The notes below the pieces were generated by a model. The model was given only the letters and a program-made list of their open reading frames with translations. It did no database searches and was not told where the DNA came from. Position numbers and translations under genes: made by a program. From Trichosphaerium sp. ATCC 40318 (Eukaryota > Protista > Tubulinea), in assembly GCA_038496445.1 (NCBI GenBank), contig JALMLS010000316.1, positions 62,001 to 126,000 of the forward strand: a stretch of DNA of 64,000 nt, in the 5' to 3' direction. Shown in pieces: positions 38,022 to 51,459 of this stretch. Within the stretch, counting starts at the first letter, position 1. The number at the start of each line of letters is the position of its first letter.

Positions 38022-41000
38022 ATGACTACGTCTTCAATGCGCGGTGTTTCACTGCTTTCTGGGTTGAATAGTATAAGTAAACCGGCAAAACGCGTAGATC
38101 GATCATCAAATGTATGTGCCAGTGTATTTTGATCTATTCTAACGCGTTTATAGATCAATAACGTTTTGAAGCTAGACGTAAAAGCCATTGTTGTACGCTG
38201 AATGTGATTGTGTGCTAGCGTAACTAACTACGCTAGGTGTTTGATGCAGAAGAGCTTATTGAAGAATTAAAGAAAATTAGACGCACCTTGCACTCTACAA
38301 ACGCAGAATGGAGTACCAGGGTATGATTATAACGCCACAAAAACCTTTAGTCAAGCATCAGAAACATTCAAAAAAATAACCGTTGGTTTTAAGTAAAAAA
38401 CGTACAAACTAAAAAAAACCGTTAGGTGGATAGTATGAAACGCTTGCAAGGTTTAATCATCGGATGTGCTCTTGAATACGACGAGTTTTTCTCATTTTTG
38501 AAACATTTACACGCACCGATTGCAACACAGGTACAGTAGCTATTTTATTGCGTCAAATATTGATTAAACGAAGCATAACAAAAAAAACCAGCAAAAAGTT
38601 ATTGTTTTTTATGACTGATTTCTTTCTTTGTAGTTGACCGATCTTCGCTCTGCTGTTGTAAAGGAAACATGTCTTACTATAAGATTATTTGCGTCAAAGC
38701 TTGGTGATGATTCAAACGTCTTTGCTGATTTTATTATTCCTCATCTGTTGAGGTACGGGAGAGTCTGTCCGAAATCAAATAATTTTGACATTCTTTTTTT
38801 GTTTGCTTTGTTTTTCGATGATGATTTCACGCTGGCTCGTCAGAACAATAATGTTGATCAGCTGTGCCTGATTAGCACTGTCTTAGGAATACATAACTTG
38901 TTTTAAACAACATAAACCTCTTTCCTAAATTGGTAAACTGTCGATACTTACTTTTTTTTTTCTTCATAGATTGCTTGTTGTTACTATCCAAGTAATGTCA
39001 GAAGCTGCAAATGACGCCATCACTACTATTATAAATAATGTCACTCTTCATTCTGCGTTTGTACATATTCTAAATAACGCAAAAGCAAACAAACACAGCA
39101 CGCTCAGAGCAAGGTATACAAGCAAATCGAACGTTTTATTTTTATTTTTTTGTCACTGTTTCAAATAACGGCCAAAAAAGCTTTCTTATACTTCGTTTTA
39201 TTTACGCATAAGGATAACCCCACACTCTTTTGTACTGCTCAACTAACTAAAATCCAACTCTATTTTGCCTTTTTTTGTATTGTCTTTTTCAATGAAAAAA
39301 AGCCGCTATGCCACGAGGAGAGTGATATCCACACTCCTCCTGGCATGCTACATAAGCTATGTAGTGACTAAGTACTGTCCATTCTTAAGTTAACTGTTTT
39401 CATTCTTAGATCTGTTTCTTATGTTCATATGGTTCTACAAACGAGAAGTAAAGCTTATCTAGAGCGTTATTCTTCTCAGATTTCTTCTGTTATATATAAT
39501 TGTGTTATGGATGCTTGTGGTGATGTGAGGTCTGGTGCAAGATCTTGTTACTATAGTTTCCAACTCCACTTCCCGGAATTAGCTGAAAGGTACGCACACG
39601 AAGGACACTAGATGATTTCGAGAACAATTACAGTTTTTGTTTTCTCATGTTTTTTGTTTGTTTGTTGACACTTTGTAGTTTATTGTGTTCCTTTGATATT
39701 TCTATGCGTCGCCTTATTGGTGACGAGAACGTCGCTCCTAAAGCGCAACCAACAAGAGCTCGTAGAACTAATGGTAATCAAGCCATGGCAGCAAAACCTA
39801 GAAGGAGGCAAATACCATCAAAAAATACAAAAAATACAAAAAAGACAATGGATAGTAAAAAAGGCAAAAGAGTTGGGTTTGGTCGTGTTCCTCTTACTAA
39901 TAAAACAAATCTACCTTCGAGCCGTGGAAACACACCTTCACGTGTCGCTTCAAAGAAACCTGGTACGTAGGCAACCTTTATTTGAAACACCTAGTTTTGC
40001 GTCTTTCATCACGAGTTTATTAACTGATTTTTTCTAAAGGTTTAGGCGCTAGTTTTACTGTACCTCATAGTGTCAAACGTAAACCAGCAGTCCCCCATAG
40101 ATTCGCTACTACAACAGGCGTTTCACGTCGTGTTGATAAAGCATTGCCGACGTAAGTTTCCGGTGAAGAAAACTCGACTTTGTTATTTTTTATTAATCTT
40201 TTTTCTCAGACTTGATGTAATGTCTCCTGGTTTCCGTATGTCTGCACCACGAAGAAAAGTTGTTACAAATCCAGTTACTCCAAATAATAACGCACTATCG
40301 AAAATATCTGTGCGATACCCGAAGATCTTCAGAGATGCCACAAGCGCGCCAAGGTAAACAACGGAACACCTGTTCCTTTTTCTTATTTTTTTCTTATTTC
40401 TCCTTCGTTAATACCCTCGCAGGCGACAAGTCACTCCAAGTGCTACACCTAATGTTAAGCTACCACCTAAACCTAGGTTTACTAGCAAACCGAAAACAGT
40501 AGCAAAGAAACCACCTATTCCACGACGTATTGCACCTGAACGTAAAAAGAAATCAGAACGACGACGAAGATCTTCTGGTACTTTACAACCAAACGCTCCT
40601 CTGGATATGCCTACAAGGCCATTGAGGAATGCTAAGCCTGGCACACGCGCTCAAAACAAACCTGTATCAAAAGAAGATGTTTCCGTAGAGAAAGGTAAGG
40701 AAGCATCCGAACTATTTTGAATAGTAAGCTTTATACTGATTTTTTCCTCTTTCAAAGATTCCGTACGGGAGTACATCATACACATTAAACAATTATCGGA
40801 TTCTGATTGGCACACAAGATTAGATGCGTGGCGTTGGTTGAAAGAACAAGTTCATGCAACCCACTTCAAGACAAGGGTACCAACTTTTTTGTCTGATAAT
40901 ACTAAAAACCGATTTGCAACTTTTCTTCTTTTCTAACTCTTTCTAAAAAGGTCCTTGCCAAGAAGTCCCTTGTTGATAAACTTGTCACAGCGTACAGAAA

Positions 41001-41764
41001 TCATATTCTAGATCCTCACTTTAAAGTAATGCACCAAGTAAGTTATCACTGTGAATTGTACGATTTGTTGCTTACTTGAAAAAAAAAAAAGGTTCTGGCG
41101 TCTTTTGCAAATTTAATTATCCTCTACCCTCGCGAAATACAGCCTTGGCTTGACTCTGTATTACCACAACTTCTTTCTTTATGGGCTGGTAACTCACATA
41201 AACAAGACTCACGCACACATGCTCTTGAGTTAATAACACATTTGAGAGAAAACTATAGAGTAAGTTAGAGTTCTTTTCGTATTTCAAACCTTCTCTAACT
41301 CCATTATTAAGGGCGGTATTCTTGCGCAACTTACCATAAAATTGGTGGAAAGACCAGATCTCACTATCAGGCTTGGAGCCCTACAACTTTTGAATATGGT
41401 CATCCCAGACGCAGGTCATTTTTTCAATAACTCGAAACGTACGCCTTCTCCTTTTTTTCTTCTTTTTTTTCTGTCCACTCTTTCTTCCTCCTTTTATCTC
41501 CTTTGCTCACTATTTCTATTAGATGTCCGCGTGTGCTTTTCAAAGCTATCAAGGACATATGCATCGGTAAATACATCAACAGTAAAGAAACAAATTGTTG
41601 CTGTTCTACTGAGTGTATACAAGCATCATGTTAGCGCTTATAAAACAAATGCTCAATCAATACAATGTAAAGAACTAAGAGCACTTATTGAGTCACGTAC
41701 TAGGCGTTGTAGCTCACCACTTACATCACCTGCACATAAAAAGAAGAGAGCACGCCTACGGTAG
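38022..41764 (+). CDS. CLASP-family TOG/HEAT microtubule-associated protein
   Basis: EWSTRVDSMKRLQGL, QLTDLRSAVVKETCLTI, IYNCVMDACGDVRSGARSCY, basic S/P/R linker, second HEAT block DWHTRLDA..ILDPHFKV. Confidence 0.85.
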
Positions 41765-41994
41765 AAGAAAATAAGAAAAAAGAAAGAAAGTTAACTTTGT
41801 TGTTTTTGAAAAGAGCTGTACAATAATAATAGAAAAATAATGTTATGAAAGGATTTGTTTGCTTATGTCGCAAGACAAAGAGATCTACATATTTACTGGC
41901 TTTTTTTTGGAATTCGACTATTTTAATGGCGTGTAAAACTTTGTTTTCTGTACAAGTGGTTAAAACAAGCCTAGAAAAAAAAAACAACCGACTT

Positions 41995-42120
41995 CACAGA
42001 CAACCAACAACGCCACGAACACAAAGGGCCCCAACAACACTACCTCCTACTACCATTCCCAACTACAAGGCCACCAACAGCTGTACCTCCTACTACCATG
42101 ATACAACGGCGGACAATAAT
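41995..42120 (+). pseudogene. Orphan frameshifted fragment of a PT-repeat mucin gene
   Basis: QPTTPRTQRAPTTLPPTTIP/PTTRPPTAVPPTTM, similar to the 32.3-32.7 kb array, without a flanking gene body. Confidence 0.45.
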
Positions 42121-42318
42121 ATTTCTTCAGGAGCTACCAGCAGTATTTTTGGCACAATGTTGGATTCCATAGTTCAGATATTGGTTACAGCTTTCGCAAG
42201 AAGCCGAAATGACTGTTTTTGAACAAAGGTGTGATACAGATACAGATAGAAGAACAAAATTGTTGTATCAAGCCATGTTTATGTGTTATTTCAAACATAA
42301 CAATACAGAAAGCGCATA

Positions 42319-44420
42319 CTACCCAATGGGCGGTATTGACGCACAAGTATCTTTACAAGCGCACAAGCTATCAGAACATCTCTTGAAAGGTAACACATCA
42401 GGCACGACTGCTACTTCAGACGTCTGAATAAACTCTCTACACCAACTATGAAATGCAACTCCAAGAAAGCAGCTCTGAATCCTAAAATACTTGAATCAAT
42501 ATCAAGAGATCCTGAGCAGTGATAGCATACCTGTTTTAGGAGTATCAGGAACGCCCTTGTAAATTCGACCGCTTTGTGTAAGAGGGAGGATAGGCGTAGA
42601 AGTCCATGGAATCGCTTCTGGAATAGCTCTGAGTACACGTGCTTTTTCGTTGTATGCTGTCCACATGAGTACTTTCTATAGTATAATTAGAATTAATTAT
42701 ACCTCGTGTAAAGAGCTTACTGTGGGTACTACAGAAGCAATTGAGTAAACTCTACCGGTACTTCTAAAAATCCAAGAACGGACTTTTGGTATTGTGATTT
42801 GATTTATCAAAGCATTGTACCAAGTGATAATACTCTCTCTAATAGTAAGTGTTAGCTTCATAATGACTTAACTGTAAGTACATTGCCAAAGGCCCTGCGC
42901 TACCGTGGATAGAATTTGGAACATATCTCAACGACTTTGGACCTCGTAGTCTTTTATAGTAAAACTGACTGCTAGTAGGTTCAAAAAACCTGCACAAAGA
43001 AAAACCATTAGCGAAAAAACTGACTATCCGTGGTAGTTTGGTTGGTCACGTACTCATCTCCAGCGGAGTTAATAATGTATTTAGGCAGGGTAAATCTGTC
43101 ATTGTAACTGAATGGATCAATGAGATCCATCATCCTTTTGTTCTAGTAAAACTTAATCCAGGCTCCGTCTGGTCCAACAACGATGTTCAAGTAAAGCTTT
43201 ATAAAAGAAGAACAATGATACGTACTTCTGGTGTGTTTAGGAATCCATTCCATCCAATGGCAGCATAGTCACCAATAGCATAACTAAAGAACCCGTACGC
43301 CTGTTTTTTTGTAAGTTACATAAGACGAAATCCGTTGAAATTTATTCACGTGCCCTAAATTGATGATTCAAGGATGGAATTAAGTTCAATACATCTAAAA
43401 CTAAAGGTACGATTCCAATGACTCTGTTGTCGATTGCAGATAACCAGGATGTCCTAAAAGATCTAAATTGAATGTAAAGTACATATGGAGAGCGATTTTT
43501 GTACCATCCGCGTTTAGACGCTCCCGTGAGAACAAAGTCGTCAATTTTTGCTGCAGTTCTACCTGCTATCGCTTCTTCAGCAACAAACTCTTGAATAGCA
43601 TCCATTGCTTTAACTGCGGCTTTGACCATTGGAAACCTTGCAAGCTGGTATAAAATGTGAGTTGGTAGCAGTACAACAAGTGCTCACAATAGTAGAATCG
43701 AAGTTGTGAAGGTAATCCCACCACGTGAAAGCCATCAATTCGTCTAACAATACTTAAGATTTCTTCGTGATTGTTTTTTTTCAAAATGCATACCTTCTTC
43801 TCTTTGGAATCCTGGTACCGGATCATCTCTGAAAGAGATCTTTTGGTTTGGTATTTGATAGAGCCCAGCCCATACTGAGTTTAAAGCTAGAATAGGCTCA
43901 AAAAAAGCTTCAAGTTCGTGAATGCTGTGATCAGAATTGTTAGCAGAAAGGAGTCTTTTAGCTCGAAATAGTAAGTCATACCCAGATATATTGGTAGGTG
44001 GACTGCCTAGTGGATTGAAACCTGGACCAATGTACATCATGGCAGTGCTGTAGTCTACTTGGTCGGGTATAGCTCTGATAATATTATGAAAAGGGGGAAC
44101 GGGAGAACAATTTTCCCGACGGTTCTTTTTAGACTTACACTACCAACCAGTGCTCCCATACTGGCAAAGATACACGAGGTCGAGATAGCCACTTTTGAGA
44201 AGTTAATTTCAGCACGTTTACTGTGTATCTAGGTTCCCTAAAAGATGAAGCACGCTCCCACTTGTAGCTACAAAAGAAAACTTGGGTTAAAAAAACTGAA
44301 CAGCATTGTAATTTGTTATCATTACGTAGGGTCTGGAGCTGTTACATAAGCATCCAGTTCAGTGTATTTGACCGCAAATACACTTAGGATTAAACATAAG
44401 ACCAAGAAATGCTGTTTCAT
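42319..44420 (-). CDS. Secreted PhoPQ-activated pathogenicity-related (PqaA / AprA-like) protein
   Basis: ELDAYVTAPDP, LTSQKWL..WEHWLVV, LYQIPNQ, FPMVKAAVKAMDAIQEF, FVLTGASKRGWTSW, IDPFSY..LPKYIINSAGDEFF, YVPNSIH. One apparent indel near 42440. Confidence 0.9.
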
Positions 44421-44874
44421 TGGTGTGCTTGTTGGAAAACAATCACTTGCGGCATGGGCAATTTTTAGTTGTGAATCTTTTTTCGAGACAAAATTTCTCA
44501 CTGCTTTCTGCTATTAGCGATAGTGTAATCAATTATTGCTTTACCCGGTAAATACACAAATTCACGTGACATTAAAAACCAGACACGGGCAAATCAAGTG
44601 AAATTTACCGGTAAAATACTGGTATCAAAATGATGGTATCAAGTTCAGGATTGGGCGTCAAAAGTTTTATGAACACGTACAAAACTGTTGGCACATAGTG
44701 GCCTCTTTTGAGTTACCTCACAAGTTATAGTTAAGTACACGGCAACTTAGTAGTGGTATGATGTAAACAAACAATACATGGCGTATCAGTTATTATGAAG
44801 ATATCAGGGCTAAAAAAGAAAAATTGTATGTTTTATTTTTGACTACTTGACTATTTAAGTGTGCAGCTTTAACT

Positions 44875-46581
44875 TACACCTCCTACTATTCCTCTACAAA
44901 TTGAAGGACCAACTACCAAAGTTATAACTCTGGCACCAACAGATGTAGTACCAATGACAACAACTGGAGCACCGCCAAAGTGTAAGTGTTTCTACGTACA
45001 TCTAGCTCTAGGAAAACTAATGGAAGGAATTTTGTTTGATTTGCCAGATGAAATGTGGATTAAAAAAACAAACCAAACTGGCAGTATTGCTGAACTGTGT
45101 GTACAAGAAGGCTGGTGTATAAACTCTATACAACCAAATACACAAGAATGTGAGTGTTATTACTCTACTATGAGTTTACTTCTGTATAGGGTTTAAGGAG
45201 CAGTATGTATGTAACTATTGTGCTAAACATAAGCACAATGGAACTACTGTAGAAATTTTTTTAACTTGTGGGTAGGAACTAATTGATGATGTACACCTAA
45301 AATGTAAGCATGGCACATATGCTATTCAGCCTATCAAACCAAATACAGAATTAGGAGACACTACTGCTGGTACAATCAATGCTGCTCTACCAACCATTTA
45401 ATTTTGAAGACAGGATTAAAAAGTAAGACACCTTGGGACTTAAACCCTCGATTGGAGTATGCACATGGATGGGATAGATCAAACAACAAGTTGAGGTTTA
45501 ATGTCGTTAATTTGGTTTAATAGTTTATAGGGGTTTTAATAAAAAAGCAACCCATTACAGAACATTGGACCTTTTTGATGAGAATGACACTGTAGCGAAA
45601 AGAGAACTAAAGTTTCTTCATGAACACATTGCAAAAATGCACGGATATGAGCAAGTCACTGTTAAATCCACATATGCTTGCTCTTATGATGAATCTCAAG
45701 GCGACAAAACTTTGATTTTGAGTCTAGTTACACCTGGAAATGTGTATCCTGTATGTATATTCAGTTTTATTTTTATTTACTACAATGCTAGGTAATAGAA
45801 AAGCCTACAGACGTTTTTAACTTTCAGGGTAAGCCTATTAAACCAGGATACCAAAGTCACTATACAGTGGTAAACAACAAAGGACAAGCTGTAAAAGACA
45901 ATATTGACAAGTATAACTGGGATGAGTTGGTTGTGGCTCAAGGTAACTAGTCTCATGTGAGCTGTAACGGTGGCTTTCTTTTTACTGTTAATTTAGATGT
46001 GCAAGCTGTTGCACGATATATCATTACAGTCGCAAAGAGGCCAAAGAAACGGGTAGTGATCCCTAAAAAAAAAAATAAAGTAATGAAGAAAACAAAAAAG
46101 GCCAAGATCAAAACTATTGGAAGTGAAAACCTAGAAACCAATGAGGTTTCAAATTCTGAGAATGACAGCGAGTCAGATGAGTTGGTTGATGAAGAGTCAT
46201 TCAAAACTAAACGGTAAGACTGACAACACAGAATAGCTCACTAACTTACTTTCAAGAAAACTATGGGCAGCTGCAAATCCAAATCAACCTGATCAACCAA
46301 GTGTCCAAGATCTGCATGTAAAATCACTAAAAAAAGAAGTCACAAAGCTCAAACAAGAAAACAAAACCATCATTGCCGAATTTGTGGAAACAAATACCAA
46401 ATTGCAAGAGGTGCAACAAGCTAACACATTACTCCAGAAAATCAACGCCAGCCACGAGGAAAGCACAAACAACTACCTTGACAAAATCGCCAAACTGGAA
46501 GAAGAAAATGCAAACCAATGCTCTCAAATTGCCAAACTACTAGCCCGAATTGCAAATCTAGAAGGTAATGTGAGCTCTTAA
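44875..46581 (+). pseudogene. Chimeric partial paralogue: mucin fragment + C-terminal half of the ankyrin-PARP gene lacking the catalytic core
   Basis: 44875-44959 matches 60025-60099 (reverse complement). 45010-46581 matches 54809-56850 with an in-frame deletion between QVTVKS and YACSYD. Confidence 0.8.
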
Positions 46582-46730
46582 ACTATGTATGAATAAATGT
46601 AAATAAGGAACTAACTGCCTGACACTCCTGCTACAGGTTTCTTTATGTTAGTTACAAAAAAAGTAAGAAGTAAACGTGAAGTTCATGTAACAAGAAAATC
46701 AGTTTTATTAGCATAATTCTATTTGTTTTT

Positions 46731-47336
46731 TTAGTTTCCTGGTGTTGCTAAGTACAGTTGAACCAATCCTTTAGTTATATGCTCTTTTAGAAACCCTGAA
46801 ATCCTACATGTTTCCAGTCCTGTTGCAATCACAGTGTAAACGTTAAGAATACTAAGATCACAATCCGGTTCCATCTGACAATCAGTTTCGATTGTCAAAT
46901 AAGCGTTTTTGCAATCTTCAGGTGTTTTGTAGGTGAACGTTGCCCACGAGTCTGATTTATCGCCTTCTCCTGGTACCTGAGCTGCTTGAAGGGTCAAGGA
47001 AGCGGGATCTTCCTTTGAGAAGGGTGCTAGTTTGCTGTAGCCGGCTTGGAGTGGAGAAAGTCCCCATAAGGAAGGTGAGTGTTCTTGAGCTGTTAGATTG
47101 TGCGCAGATGCTACTGTAATGTTACACCATAAGAAACTAAAGAAAGGAGCCGTAGGAGAGCCGCATTGATCAGTTAGTTTGCAAGGTCCGGCTAAGAAGT
47201 CTGCCTGTGTTCTACAAACCGATTGCGGGGTTCCTGGTGCGTAGCCTACGTAAAAGAACGAGAATTGGTCTACAGTGATGACTTGTTGTGATGCTACTAC
47301 GCATAAGAATGCCAAAACGAGCAATTGTTGCCTCAT
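46731..47336 (-). CDS. Intronless secreted protein of unknown function
   Basis: Signal MRQQLLVLAFLCVVAS; ~200 aa with eight Cys after the signal. Confidence 0.8.
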   Translation of the reverse strand: MRQQLLVLAFLCVVASQQVITVDQFSFFYVGYAPGTPQSVCRTQADFLAGPCKLTDQCGSPTAPFFSFLWCNITVASAHNLTAQEHSPSLWGLSPLQAGYSKLAPFSKEDPASLTLQAAQVPGEGDKSDSWATFTYKTPEDCKNAYLTIETDCQMEPDCDLSILNVYTVIATGLETCRISGFLKEHITKGLVQLYLATPGN

Positions 47337-47514
47337 TGCGATTAAATACACGGTTTTAAACGTCAAGGCAATTCTTGTCTTCTGTAGTATCTGTAACACC
47401 CAAATAGTGCAACTGCTAGTATATTTACAAATTCGGCGAACGGCGATTGCACATCAGAGATGTGATTTCTTTAATTTGGGTGTTTTTGTCACAACTTCGT
47501 AAAATTCAAAGTTG

Positions 47515-47807
47515 GGGGCAGCATCGCTTTTGAGACAGTTTCGAAAATTACGACATTTTTGATTTTTGATATTTACGGCATTTCGAGAATCTTTGAGACG
47601 TTTTTACTCACCTCAGAACCGTCTTTACCAAAAATTGTTATTATGAACATTTAACTAGTATTCTATACTTATAGGCTTAAAAACAATTTTGCGATTCGTT
47701 CTTGCTGTGCGGAGGAAAAGTACTGACAGTCAAAGCAATTTTTTTCAAAACAAACTTTTTCAAAAATTTTGGACTTTCTGAAACTGTCTCAAAAGCGATG
47801 CTGCCCC
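47515..47807. mobile_element. MITE-like non-autonomous DNA element (293 bp)
   Basis: Perfect 28-bp terminal inverted repeats GGGGCAGCATCGCTTTTGAGACAGTTTC (47515-47542 / 47780-47807), AT-rich non-coding interior. Confidence 0.8.
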
Positions 47808-48529
47808 TAAAGTGACACGTGTTCAGAAGAGCCTCTGTCGCATTATCTTGTTACGCTCACCCTAAACATTAGTGCAATGCTTGATGCTATAATTTATTAC
47901 CTACGCACTGGTATTTGTGAGCGCTAAATTCTGAAGTTTTGTCAAGTAAATAGCTATTTATTGAAGTCACAATTCAAACTATGGATTGCTCCCTCTACTT
48001 GTTTCCAATTTTGTACCATTTCTTATACTCTTATAGGCCTGGAAATGTACTTTAGTGTAGATATCGATGATATCCAGCTGTAGTTCCACTGGAAGATAAT
48101 ATAGCAGTATTTGCCTATTTGGTGTTCATTAGTAAGGCCACAAATCGTATTGATCGCTTGTGTACAACTACTTTATGTTTGGACGCGATTTCTTTGAGGA
48201 TGTTTGTTAACACGTGATGAGTCGCGGTTGATTCAATAACCTTTAACAGTTGTGCAGTCAAACAAAGTGCCTTTACGCACTTTTGGTGAACTAGAACGTA
48301 GAAGATTGAAATGGCAGACAGTGACCAACCAAATCAGTAGCTTATTAATTAATTGAATTAACTTGACCACACATCACGGACAACTCATTGGTTGGTATTA
48401 ACCTATCAAGAAACCAACAAACACGAGACTTATTGTATTTTTTTTTGTTTATTGCACAATCCTTCTTTGTTTTTTATATTTTCTATTGTAATGTGGCCCC
48501 TTGTGATTTCGTGCTTGGGTAAATGTTGT

Positions 48530-51045
48530 TTATAGGAGCGTTATAATTAGCATCATGTAAGAACAACAACAAACAAATAGCCAAGTACTGTGTTGAAGCA
48601 TAGGCAGCGTTGATGAGGAACTTGAGGTTGGAGCAATTGTAGTGTTTGAAGGTTGTGTTGGTATTACAGCCGACGGAACTGTAGGCCCTTGTGTTGTTGG
48701 CGATTGTGTCGGTGTAGGTAAAGTTGTTGGCGCTACTGGATTTGGTGTTGTTGTTGGAGGCAATGTCGTTGGTGGCGCAGTTGGTGCCTGAGTACTTGGA
48801 GGTGGAGGCGGGTTGTATTTAAAAGCAGAGATTCCCAAAGTGACACCAACATTCACATCTGTTTTAATGACAGATAGCGTTGTAGCGTTGATGTGTACTA
48901 AGTTGCCATTTCTACAAGAGCCAACAAGAACATCACTTGATATTGGTGTGATACCTTGTTTTTTTATTTGTAAGCTTGAGAACGTAAAAAAATGATTGAT
49001 TGACGTACCTGCCATTTCACAATTGGGGATTGATGCTGAAGTATTTGGCAAACATGAACCAGCCATAAAATTAGTTGCTTGAGTTACTTGGTTAGTACCA
49101 GCAATATACAGAACGTCACCGATAAGTGTACCTAACACAAGTTTAGGATCAAGGTTTTTGTAAGTAATGTTTGTAGTGTACCACCAGACGCTGATGTTGT
49201 TTGGTCGTTGCAATGTTGAGAATATTCACAGGTCTCCATATCAATTTCTAGGATGGTATGGCCTAAACTCTCACCAAAAATCCTTCCACTTTCTGCATCT
49301 ACCATCAAACCAAATGTATTAGCGACAACAGCGCAAGTCCTATCCTATTCAAGGAAGTTAATACATAAACAACTTATCACTGTTCAACAAAATGTTTGCC
49401 GGAAAAAAGCAACGTACGATTTCACATGTGTAAGGATCAACCGTGAATATCTTACTATTGAAATTGATGTATATGATCTTATCAATAGAACTGCTATATG
49501 CTAGTGCAATTGGAACGGTGCCCAGACCTGGTGTAGAGCAAGCTGATACAATGATTAATACGAGGTAGAAATACAAAATAAATACTTACATCCAACAATA
49601 TCACTTGTGTTTGAAATCATTCGATAATCAAACCCTAATGGATCAATTGATTCTGATCCTCCTCTTCCTGTGATAAATACATCTATTGTACCTCCATCCG
49701 GAGCTATTGTAGGTTGTAGAGTGGGTGCTCCAGTACTAGGTGATACAGTAGTAAAAGGAGCGATTGTTGTTGATATATCATAGAACATTGATGCGATTGC
49801 ATTTCCATTGGATATGCTTGTCGTGTACGATGATGTTGCTCCTGTGTTGATATTAAATTTCTGGAAGCCATATAACGTTGATGCAACCACCTCATCATCT
49901 GAAATAAAAGCGAGTGCTAAGAAGAATATATCAGGAAAAGACTTATCTTACCATGCCAATTTACATACCTGTAGGGCCAATTGGTATTGAGAAAGTGCCT
50001 GTTGTAGATGCAGTACAATTTTGCGCATTAAATGAGGGAATAACTGATAAAAATCCCGCGCCACTTGCTACCAATGTTGAATCACTAAACACGACTATAC
50101 ATAGAAAACAATTAGGGGAACATATATATAGTCTTAGCGGAAATTGTATTACTTGCAACTTTCACACTACTCTTTTTTTGCTAGGTCTGTACCTCAAGCT
50201 GGAAAAATGCAAGAGGTACGAATTAAGACTTTTCGAAGTTGCCAATATTAAAGCTGTAGATAAAAGGGTTTTTTCCCGTAAATACGTATTTACAGCCAAA
50301 ATCACGTGATTAAATTTGTTGGCTTACGAAACGTTTTAAAAGTAAAACTTAGCAAATGTAATCTAGACGCACGGGATGTTCCTGAAATAGTTAAATTAGC
50401 TTCGCAAGCAAGCTTAAAAGTGACATCACAGGTTGAATAGTCTATTTCTGAAAAAAACGTTATTCCGGGTCCACGTCCACCCGATGTGCTACTAATTGCG
50501 TAAAGTATCTCAGTGTTTGGATCTACACTAATTGAACCGAAACCTGTTGTCAACGAGCATTCTTTCTAAAAATAGTAAACAAACAACAAAATGCTACAAT
50601 CGCCTGAAACCAACGCTCAGTAACACGTGAACAAGCATTTTGTATATAATTGCGGAGTAAGTCCGACTGTTACCAGTTTCAAGCGGCAAATCGCTTGAAG
50701 GATGTGCGTACCTGTATCCGGCATGTATAAGGATCCATAATAAGAAATGTTGGGGTTGGTGGAGTTGTTTGAGCTGTTACAACAAAAAGCAAGTTTTTAG
50801 AAGGCAAGTATGTCATTGATCTTATCGGTGAAGTGATATTTGTACATGCTAATGAGGGATTATTATAAAAACACAATTTCTGATCAAAACGTGATCACCG
50901 TACTATGTACAACAGTGTCGTCGCTTGCGATCATGCGTATTTCAAATCCATTTTGTGTTCTCGCACTGATAAAGGCGTTGGGAGTCTGTGTTCTCACCAG
51001 CGCAATAACAATGGCGAGAACAATAAATTTATATCGAGTATTCAT
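48530..51045 (-). CDS. Secreted surface protein with duplicated beta-rich domains, PT stalk and hydrophobic (GPI/TM-like) C-terminus
   Basis: Signal MNTRYKFIVLAIVIALVRT; repeated motif F.[MV]DPYTC.I; PT-rich stalk; terminal WLFVCCCSYMMLIITLL. Confidence 0.75.
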
Positions 51046-51459
51046 TGCGTTGAGTTTTGCTTTCAAGAAAGAATGAAGAAGTAAGAACAAGTCTTATTTT
51101 TTTTTGTAGTTTTTCTAACGTGGAAAAACGGGCGTAAACCAGTACTAAAAAGTGGGTAATAGTTAACCGAAATAGAACCAAACACAAAAATAGACACAAT
51201 CCTATTTTTCTACGAAATAAAAGTCAAATACCAACAGGATTAGCTAATCCTGGTTTTTTTTCTCAGAAAAAAAGTGGGTTTGTGTTTCTCTGACACCTCC
51301 TATAATGTAGTATATTCGCATTGGTATTCATCAGCAGCAGCTGGGACGTCATGCCTGGCAGCGTCATGTTTATAGACTTGCTTCAGAGAACAGTCCGAAA
51401 TTAGCGAAATGTAAAAAAATTGATTGAATTTCTTAAGTTGGCTGTTTGGCACGGCCTAT

